This document shows, in pieces, positions 24,840 through 34,479 of a DNA stretch of 64,000 bases. The stretch lies in assembly GCA_002633005.1 (NCBI GenBank), contig NMRA01000438.1, forward strand, positions 1-64,000. The letters run 5' to 3'. The translations under genes and the position numbers were made by a program. Source of the stretch: Phoronis australis. Taxonomy: Eukaryota > Animalia > Phoronida. The notes below the pieces were generated by a model. The model did no database searches and was not told the origin of the DNA. It saw only the letters and a program-made list of their open reading frames with translations. Within the stretch, counting starts at the first letter, position 1. Each line of letters begins with the position of its first letter.

Positions 24840-24995
24840 ACCGACGGAGAGCCCCATCTAAACTATGCCGACCTGGATTTGAGAATGAGGGACGAAGACC
24901 CACCAAAGCCAAAACCACAGGAGAACGAGACGGAGTATGCAGTTATTCAACGTCCAAAGCAAAAGCAGGAGGGGCCTATAGGTACCTCCATCTAA
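24840..24995 (+). CDS. Ig-superfamily receptor exon 9 (terminal; ITIM LNYADL, ITSM TEYAVI, stop TAA)
   Basis: tttttatttgcag acceptor, phase 0: TDGEPHLNYADLDLRMRDEDPPKPKPQENETEYAVIQRPKQKQEGPIGTSI*. The nine exons sum to 1488 nt = 495 aa + stop. Not in the ORF track. Confidence 0.9.
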   Translation, partial: TDGEPHLNYADLDLRMRDEDPPKPKPQENETEYAVIQRPKQKQEGPIGTSI

Positions 24996-25030
24996 ACATG
25001 ACAATAATTGTCGCTTTAACGGATCCTGGA

Positions 25031-25081
25031 TTTGAGAACCAGTTATCTGCACTAAATAATGAGCATCAAACTGGTTCTCAG
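25031..25081. repeat. Small palindromic repeat family (tgagaaccagtt...aactggttctca), copy just after the Ig receptor stop codon
   Basis: Hairpin core recurs at ~51494-51545 and ~62288-62335; probably a tiny MITE family. Confidence 0.65.
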
Positions 25082-26156
25082 GCTTCAGGTCCTTAGCAAC
25101 AGGTGTCTATAATGGAATAAATGGTCTCCATCTTGTGCTGACCTTCTTAATTTAATGTTTGTTTTAGCTTTTTATACGATATGTTTTACCTCGTTCACAA
25201 GTGTTGCAGTAGCTTTACTCAGTTGTTCAAATTGTCGCCAGTTTCTTCTCTTGCTGTTTTTCATCACCAGGAAATCAACATCTTTACGACTTTAATTGCT
25301 CATACTTAGTAAGCTTTTCCATGACTCAAAAGGTATTCAGACAAAACAACCTGGAATTCCAGGTCATCATGGCTAGGCGGAAGCCGAATTGTCTTGTTAA
25401 AGTAGACTTTCCACTTGTTTTAGAATGAAGGGATTTACATGAAAATTAGTTTAATAGCCAAGCTATTCTAAAATTAGAATTTTGCCGCCCTAATAGTTAT
25501 TACCAGTCATTTTTGCTGTTAACAGATTTAGCCGTCACGAGGGAAAAATGGTATTTTGTTCGATTACTTCGGTCTTGTTCTGCAGCTACAGCAACTGTTC
25601 CATGCAAGAACCTGGAGCAGGTTTGCTGAGCCTAACGTGTCTCCTTTCAGTAATCACTATACCTATTTTGAGCTGGTGAAGTCGTCTGCTGAAATTGTAG
25701 AAACCTGGAGTCAGTCTTTTCCTGAATGAGCATGATGTTTCCAAATATAGAGGAGACTAGCCTTGAGGCGTAGGTCCAGAGAGGGGGCATCTTTGCTCCT
25801 CTTTCCTGTTGTTTCAGTCACGCGTTAACATGTTTTCTGTGTGTCTGTACATTTTGAGACTTCTCTGGTCGTGATCTTCGATCTGCCTCTGGTGTCAGTT
25901 CACATGCCCAAAGTTTTTGTCGGAGCCTTTTGCAAGATGAAACTGTTGACGTTTTTACCCACATGTGAACGGGGTAACTCTGCCTGAACATATGCTCTGA
26001 GCATTTGAAATAGTTTAGTGTGCTTTGAAAACAATTGTGTCACTTTTCATGATCTATAAACATGTAGGCCGTGTTGCAGAAAGCTTCAACTTATCCACTG
26101 GATAAGGCGATGGTTTCATAACTTCGACTTAATTGTCAAACAATTGTGTTGTGACG

Positions 26157-26157
<1 letters not shown>

Positions 26158-26190
<33 letters not shown>
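26158..26190. repeat. (ATT)11 microsatellite
   Basis: Directly visible. Confidence 0.97.
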
Positions 26191-29100
26191 TTGTAAATGC
26201 AAGTAGCCATATCGCTTGGTTACCATTGGGTGTGGAGTGCATAGGCTTTTACCTTAATCAGGAAATACGTGTGCCTGAATTTCATTTCGGTTTCTCAATT
26301 TTTATCATGTCTATGTATTGCATGTATACAGCTGCAATAACTGCCCCAGCAGAGTCGCAGTTATTTTATGCGAGTGCGTGTGTGGTGTTAGAGCAAACAA
26401 AGTTCCATTTGAGAAAATTGAACACATTCCAAAAATCTGTTCCGAGCAACATCACCCATGGTGAAGTTATATATACATATATTTATTGGGCGAGTTTTGA
26501 TATTGATACCGCTATACTTTATATTTATATTTAGCCTGGGGGGCACTCCACTGAATCTTGGGCATGGTATGCTGTCGCCGATTTAAAAGATGAACACTGC
26601 CAGATGGTATTCGCAAGTAAACAAAAGATGAACCATGAACTTTTGTTGCTAGCAAAGATATTTGGTGAAAAAGATTCTTGTGTGGAAGTTTCGCAATGAA
26701 ATGACCCAATATAGCAGCGCATTTCCATATATCCGAGAAAGGGAGTACCCCCAAACATACATTGGCTCTATAAATGGCTGTGATCTCTGCATTTTTTATT
26801 GACAACATTCCATCTCGATGGTGATATTTTCCAATGCATTTCAAATTGATTGAATAAGAAGTTGACTAGTTCCTTAGAAATTTAATTAACTATTGCTTGT
26901 ATAGTATAAACATTGCTTTGTTAGAAAATAAACATAGAAATTAGCCAGGAATGTACTTTTAAAGCTTTCATATTTACATAATTTTTTGCCATAATAGGAA
27001 TGAATAAAGACTGTTTGTATATACGTAATGCAAAGAATGTGTTGATTGGGTCTTGCACTTGTGACTGATCTGCAAATGATTGAACGAATGCACTGTGTAC
27101 GTCATAACACGATAGGAAACATTTACTCTTTAAATGCAGGGCTAACCAGAAAGATTGTGTAGATGCAATACACCTTGAATGGCACATGGCTTGCAAACAC
27201 GACTTTTAGCAAAACCTGTTACCACAAAACACTGCAAGGCTGGGCACCTAACAAAAACCCCAGCCTTGGTGCAAAACAGCGTGAAAACACAGCGGCGGAA
27301 CCATTTGGATAAAAAGTAAGCAAAAAATCACAAAAACTACTCTCCCTTGAAGTTGGTTAGTGGCAAGAAAACAATGTCGTCAGAGTGTTATTCCACAGTT
27401 AAATATGTGAAACAATCATTTGCATTAACATTGAGCACCATGAAATGGAGTGCCATCTGTTGGCCAATTTTTGTTTTCTGCAATTCTTCAATCCAGTGCT
27501 TTTTTCCCCCATGTTCGCGTCAGCAAGTAGTTTTGAGTATTTCACAAGCAACTGAAATTTTGAACAAATTGCGTCGGCACAGTTATCATCATCTCTCAAA
27601 TGATGTCACTAAACCGAAACAAAAATTAAACTAACGGCAAATGCGTGGGGCGCAAACGTACTGCTTTGAGATTGACCTCTGAATTATGTTTTGTTACAAA
27701 AGCAGGATAGATTGTTTCTTTTAAACCTTGGTACCACGGACAAAGTAGGCCTCATTTGAGTGTCGGGAGTTGCAAAAATTCATGCACAGCTGGGTGTGCT
27801 GATTTTGGTTCAAGTTTCATTGTGCGAGGACCAAGACTAGAATTGTGGTGAACTGAAAAAAGCGGGCTCCGCCTCTATTGGCATGTTTTTACTTATATTA
27901 TTCTGCTGCTGTGTTTTAACATTTAAGTCGTGCGTAACAAGTCAGCTGGCTACAAAAACCCAAACATGTGAATTCGTGGGAAATATTTATTAACCTTCAA
28001 ACTCAGTGCTGGGATCACTATTACGAAGCAAAGTCAATTTTGTAGCACAAATAAAGGCATACCATGTGACTTCATTGTTAGTGTTTGTGGTGCAACACTC
28101 CTGTTTTGTGATGCGGAGGTTGTTTTTCCAGGCCTAAGATTCTTGTTTCACACGTGTCTTTCTATTGTTAGTAAACCCTGAGTTGTGTCAGTGTTCGCTT
28201 TTCCATCCATTTCAAGTGATAACATTTATGCATTATGAATTCGCTGAAAGCTTGTGAGAATTATTCTTCGAATGCCTGCTTCTGTTCGACCTTCTGCTGA
28301 GGTACTTTGAGTACCCACATCTAAATGTTTAGCTTGTCATTTACAAAATGCACCCATGTGTCACCCATTCAGTAGGTATTTTACGAGCTAATTTTACCTG
28401 GGTGGCATGAAAGTAGTCCTGTAAATACCTGTAGAATTTCAGTGCAATGCGAATCTATGATATTAGCTAATCCAAATTAAGAATGTTGCTAATCAAAACC
28501 AATGCAGGAAAATTCATGACGAATGTTAAAATGTATGACAAAAGCATCGTGTATAGGATATTAGCAGGCATACTGTGAAGTTATATTTTTGGTGAAGGTC
28601 ATTTGTAATTGGAGAAAAAAGTGGTAAATTGTGTTTTGAAACGGTAGGCACTGTTTTAATGCATTGTTAGCTTTTAAAAATGGGTGATTTTCTGTAATGC
28701 CTTTTCTACCTAGTAAACATGAACTTATTATATTCTGCCTTTATTTCTGAATTATAGATGTGAAGATTGAATATATAACTTTTGAGTTTAACATCCCACC
28801 TTTCAACACGGAACACAGTCAAACCCTACAGAATCGTATGTCAGCCATGGTCTCATGAACAGGACCGCCCGGATTTTACAGCAACACTCACATGTCACCT
28901 CGTTTTCAATGCCATTGGAGTTGGCATGTTATTTGTTTTTGTCTGGTTCTTTAAAAGCTTTTCTCAATGACATTACTCTATTCGCTCTTCCAATGCCAGT
29001 GAAGTATTACTGCAGTGCTGTTGGCTGAAACTCTGATTTGAGAAAGTTTGAGAAACTGGAGCAATTATAATACTCGTGGATGCGTGATGTGAAATTCTTT

Positions 29101-30318
29101 GACTTCCTCGACATCAACGAGAGACATAAAAATGTTCCTGACTTCCAAATCGAGGTCACGCAGTTTTTTGACTCCGGTACAAAGGAGAGTTCTATTGCCA
29201 TATAATTTGGGGCAGCCTTATAGGACCACATCTAACTTTCATAATAACACTTACGAAGTTTGTGGACACTAAAAAGAGACAAACTGCACAAGACCAACAG
29301 TAATACATGATTCATTACAGAAAAGTGTGACTATGGGTTACAATTATGACAAGATCTTATTTGCACAGCGATTGTGTAACCGTTGTTTTAAAAATTTTCG
29401 TTAAACCAAAAATGTCATGATCAAATACTGGAATATCCTCAAGAGGATGAATCAGTAGACCTATTCACCCCCAGAACTCAGCTTCTGTCAAATGAACCAT
29501 GAAGACATTTCGTAGGACAGAAAGGTGCCAGACAGCACTTAATGCACCCAAATACTATATTTATAAAATAAAAGAACAAAACCACTGCAATTCTACTCTA
29601 ATTCGACATTCGCCAAAAAATTGACACGAGCATGATTTGGTGTGATATTCACAATGACACGATGCGTGCAACCTCTTCACTCAATTTTTGCGGTTGAATC
29701 GACAAAGTCAATCCATAAATTTCTTGTTATTCAGCTACAGAAAGGCCAATAACAGTCTGGCAGACAGCCAAACCCGGTAGACGCGTCACATAAGACAACT
29801 CCTACGCTACCATTTGGTGCTTTGTTACCCCAACACCAAAACAAGCCTAAGCCAGACTGCGACTAACCCGTCATAATCAATTCACAAATTAATGCTTGTG
29901 GCTATGCCGCGATGCTGAAGAAAACCTATATGCTAATTTCTCTTATAGCGCATCCATTTTAGAAGTTCAAAGATGGCTACTATTTACTTTTCAATTTTAA
30001 AAACAGTCATTTTGGCTGTTAGCCTTGGATTTTAAAACTTGTAAACAGGCGTGTTGGTTTACGACCACAATTATTGCATCCAACATCTTCAGCCAAGTCC
30101 ATGAATAGCTAATGGCTCACTTCAATCGGTGACAGCATCATCAAGCCTTTGATGTGTCGAAGACTGTACTGGATACCCTGGGGTAAACAGCACAGGCTTT
30201 CTCGTCCACTGGCGTGCAAATCCTGTTAGCGTAAGATTTGCCTAATGACAGGAGCTAGTGAAGTGCACCACGGCTTCCAGCAAGATAGCTCTTCACACCT
30301 CCACCAACACTGCTAATA

Positions 30319-30510
30319 TCATCTACTGCTACTTTGTTGTTGTTCCTGGTTCACTTTAGATGTATTGTCTGTCCGGTCCCGATTTACCCAATCAGGCAAT
30401 GGCGAACTCCAGTCTGCAGGGGGTCTTCTTCTGTACTCCCATACGTCATTATCCTGCGCTGCTTTCAACCTCTCCAAACGCCGTTGTGTCTCATGTTCTA
30501 TGATATTCCT
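30319..30510 (-). CDS. C22orf39: C22orf39/UPF0545 homologue exon 3 (terminal)
   Basis: Minus-strand acceptor ttccag, phase 0. RNIIEHETQRRLERLKAAQDNDVWEYRRRPPADWSSPLPDW matches the family VW..R..PP.DW..PLP motif. Confidence 0.9.
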   Translation of the reverse strand, partial: RNIIEHETQRRLERLKAAQDNDVWEYRRRPPADWSSPLPDWVNRDRTDNTSKVNQEQQQSSSR

Positions 30511-31524
30511 CTGGAATTTCAAAACACACTCGATTTTCAACATACGTCACAAATATGTGCCGCGACAATGCCATTTTTGAGCACAATTCGTCCACTGGAT
30601 TTTATAAAATTTGGCATCATTATACTGGCTTGATCGACATAAGCTACCACTTTAGTTTGATGATGACATCTTGTAAGATGGTTGTTATGATCCAAGCACG
30701 AAATGCGATTTAACTAGACAGAGTACTGTACAATCTATATATCCAAGTTCAAAAACACACTCATGGGTCACTCTAGGTAATATCTCTCATTATTTAAATT
30801 CTTTAATGAGCAATTTTGACCAATTGCCAAGAAATAGGCCTTTGAAACAGGTTTACAAACTAAACCTGGCCAACTCCAGAAATCTTGCCCAACTATATAC
30901 AGCACGCTTTAATTTAGGACAAAACTTAAGTAAATGCTAAGATTGAAATTAGTCTCAATATTTTCGAAGGCTTATGTTGTTGCTGAACATGTTTAGAATG
31001 TTACCAAACATTGTCCGCTGACGGCCGCTATAACGTACAATCTAGGCTAAAAGCAAGTTTAAAACTAAGTGTAATTTTTGCTAAGAAATTCAACACACTT
31101 AAATTTGACTTTTCCGCCATATTGTATCCAAAACTGAAAAAGTAACTGCATACTCCTCAGCTTGGGATCATTAATTAAACTGATTCAAGTCTGCAGGGAT
31201 GAGAACGACCAAACAATCAAAGCACTAGTGACTCTGCTCAGGCCATATCATTAATCATGCATAATCATAAACGGCTAGTTTGGCATTTAAAGACATCACT
31301 CTTGTCTAGCTTTAGTCGTTTTGTAATCAGTGGCCACGTCTGCAAAAATTTGTCTTTAATTATATGCCTACATTCCCTGTGACTCGTGCTGGCGCACAAA
31401 TGTAATCCCATCATAATAAAGAACATAGTATAGTTAAGAGAGTGAAGGGCCAAATTCGATTTTTTTTGGTGGCTAAAGAGGGCGAAATGTCGCTTAAAAT
31501 CACAGCTGTGTAAACAAAACGTAC

Positions 31525-31689
31525 CGCGTCGTCAGTGGAGTTTGTCTTGCGGTAACTGATGCAGGATTTATAGTCCTGCCACCACTTGTCACAGTCGAGC
31601 AACTTCCCAAACACGTAATACTGGTTTAACCGACCCATTAGGCATGTGCACTCGTAGTGTTCATCTTTATACATTTCACATGGACGGAT
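31525..31689 (-). CDS. C22orf39: C22orf39/UPF0545 homologue exon 2
   Basis: cttttcag acceptor and GCG|GTACG donor, 165 nt, phase 0-0. IRPCEMYKDEHYEC...LNQYYVFGKLLDCDKWWQDYKSC has the family's four-Cys RPCE.Y..E...C.....YY..G...C..W..D...C pattern. Confidence 0.93.
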
Positions 31690-33870
31690 CTGAAAAGACA
31701 GAATTACCACAAGTTCATTTTCAGTCATTTTTAAGTGACTTAAAAGCATGTTGGAGTTCCATCGACACGCACTTATGCGTCTGAAGTAAAAAAACTCCGT
31801 GTATGAAATATTGCAAAATCGGGCGATTTTTGGACAATCAAAATTAGAATCCCATCCCATAATTCAGTGTTCCAATCTCACCAACCTTTTTATGGTTTGC
31901 GATTTATCCAATATTGACGCCACCTGTTGGTGATTTCATGCTGCTTCAAGGATGACACAAAATACATTATTGCATACTGTGATGCATCCGCCTATCCGTT
32001 AAAAGGTCAAACATCAGTTCCTGTCGTATTGTTAGAATACACTAAAGCTCTGAATGCATACTTTTGAAACACTCACCTTTCAATCATTAATGATTTTGTA
32101 TTGTCTTACTTTTTGGCAAGATTCCTGCATCTACAGAACACAACCCTGCTTGCAAAAATTGGACGCTTAAAAAACAATTCCTACATGTATAAAAGCGTTG
32201 TGCAGTACAGTACACAAAGTATCAATCTGATCAGCCATTTCTGAGATATGGTGTTTTGAAGTTTGAAAAATATGAAATTTGTCAAGGGACTGCATAATAG
32301 TCGTCACAGGATGTGCCACCATCATATGCTGGGACTTCAGGACCTGTGTAGACAGTGAGCACTGTCTGCTCAGTAGAGACGGTGTAACTCCCATAGGAGC
32401 TTCATACGCCAGAAGTTTTTTTGGCAAATTATGCCTCAAAATGATTAAAAAATCAAAGTAATGTTGTTATAAGTACCTTTTGCGCATAGACGGACACAGA
32501 CAGGAGGCCGTCGATGTCTTTAATTCCTTCCAACTCGAACAAATATTACCAGTATCAAACTTTTTCATTGAGCAATCCTTCGTTCAGTTCCCAAAATCGG
32601 AAACTTTTTATAGTCATTTTTAACACTGAGCACCGTAGGTGGTATGACTTCATATCCCCTGGTGTGCGCAGTGTGCCAGCAGAGACGATGGTCATTGTCT
32701 ATAGGAGCCGTGCTGCTAGCATGCGGATCACTTTAGCGTCCAAACCAAATGACGCACTGAATTGGCATTTTTTTGATTGCACATCAGACAGTATTTTAGT
32801 GAGGCATTTTATACGACAGCTATTCCCAATTAAGTCATGTATCACAACATCTGGGTCGTGTCATCGTAGACGCAAGAATCATGTGAGTATGTTAGTGTGG
32901 CCACGTGCTTCCTTTGCACTGGATGACAATATCTCGCGAAATATTCTATTTACATTACATAATACACCCTTCTGGGCATGCCTTAAACAGGCCCCCGTCC
33001 CTGTTGCCCAATCTCGTTGCGGTCACCAGATATGTGTGACCTCCTCATAACTAGTGAGAACAGCATTTTTCAAAAATTTTAGAAAATGTGCATGTAATAT
33101 ACATCATTAGAAAGCTCTCCACGAGACTAAGAGAACGGTGGAAAAATTTTTTAAATCGGACTTGTGGTTCCGGAGAAAACGTCATTTTTGTGTCGAAATT
33201 TTTTATAAAAATTCTGTCAAATCGAATTTGCGAGTTTAAAATGTTATGGTTTCAAAATTAAGTAACCTAGACAGACATGTGATACAACATTTTAAACAAC
33301 TTTTTATGATAAATAATATGCCGAAAAAAACATTTTGATTGGACGTTCCTGTGCGAAGATATTGACCTTAAAAGTCAACATAGTCGACAAAGAAAAGTCA
33401 CAACATTCAATTTTGCAATTTCAAATTGACATAAAATAAGAATTACTCAAGGAAAAGAAACAAATAAGGTATCATTTTAAAGATTTTTCATCAGGAAATT
33501 TGAAATCTGATAATTGGTTGAGCAAATTATTGATATTACTTTGTGATTTTTTGTTAACATGCAATTTGCAACCGACTTAACTTTGTCAAAATCAAATACA
33601 TTAAATAAAAACTAAAGATAAACATCATTTCAAAAATGTATTGATGACAAGTATGATAAATAGAATAGTTTAATACAAATTTCTGAAAGACATATAATAA
33701 ATAGAACTTATTTAACATAAACTTTCCACAACCGAAGATCTTGTCTTGAGCCATCCAGGAATGTTCATGCTATGTACAAACAAGGACCTCAATATTTATA
33801 ATCTCAAAGTTGTCTTAAGTGATATGAGCACAAAAAGGAATGTAGGATGGACAAATAAATAAAGTTCTCA

Positions 33871-34081
33871 AGGCATCCTCAAGGAAGGGGGGCCAAACCC
33901 TTTCACTGACTACCGAAGTCAGCGGAGTACCTTACACAGATCAACTAGTGGCATCCTCAAGGAAGGGGGGCCAAACCCTTTCACTGACCAAGTCAGTGGA
34001 GTACCTTACGCAGACTTGTGGCGTCCTCAAGGAAGGGGGGCCAAACCCTTTCACTGACTATCGTAAGTCAGTGGAGTACCT
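33871..34081. repeat. Three ~65-78-bp tandem units with conserved hairpins, just downstream of the transposase stop
   Basis: ggcrtcctcaaggaaggggggccaaaccctttcactgac-[variable loop]-agtcagyggagtacct at ~33871, ~33950 and ~34020. Confidence 0.92.
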
Positions 34082-34098
34082 ATATATACAACATAGAG

Positions 34099-34209
34099 TT
34101 ATTCCAGCACTTCGAGGTCCCCTTGACCGAAGTCGTCCATCAACCGAAAGGTGTAGACAGCCTCATCTTCATCATAATGGATATTAAACCAGGATGGATA
34201 TCCAGGGAC
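34099..34209 (-). CDS. Transposase coding exon 2 (C-terminal half of Spin/Ssty Tudor-like domain)
   Basis: Minus-strand acceptor tattctttcag at 34211-34210, phase 0: VPGYPSWFNIHYDEDEAVYTFRLMDDFGQGDLEVLE*. Joins donor CAG|GTTAGT at 34480 across a 270-nt intron. Not in the ORF track. Confidence 0.9.
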   Translation of the reverse strand, partial: VPGYPSWFNIHYDEDEAVYTFRLMDDFGQGDLEVLE

Positions 34210-34479
34210 CTGAAAGAATAACATGATTCATAAACAATTTGTTGCTACGACATATAAGCATTACTAATTTGAACATTGTTACGCAAAAATGTTACCACAA
34301 CATGGAAATTATGCACAACACTTCAACAAACAAAGGCGACATAATACTATTAAACAAAAGGGTTAAAGAAAAAGGAAATAGCAAGGTAGGATACGTCAGT
34401 ACATGAAAATCAAGAGCATATTGCTTGTCAGATGTTGCGATTTGTTAATAAGCATTGCAAAAGCTCATTACATACTAAC

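Noticed and set aside
5401-24995. Assigning a vertebrate gene symbol (nectin, CADM, SIRPA, CD33) to the Ig receptor
   Set aside because: The similarity is architectural and motif-level only; orthology cannot be established by eye.
26133-26534. 133-aa ORF with a poly-Tyr run
   Set aside because: The poly-Tyr comes from the (ATT)n microsatellite; the region is probably the Ig receptor 3' UTR or intergenic.
32167-33050. ORFs 32514-33050 (+, 178 aa) and 32167-32439 (-) as genes
   Set aside because: No recognisable domain or exon structure; probably decayed repeat sequence in the intron.
34468-34479. ORF-track C-terminus 'VSM*' of the 977-aa protein
   Set aside because: This is read-through into an intron. 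A GT donor at 34479 and an in-frame exon at 34209-34099 complete a recognisable domain.
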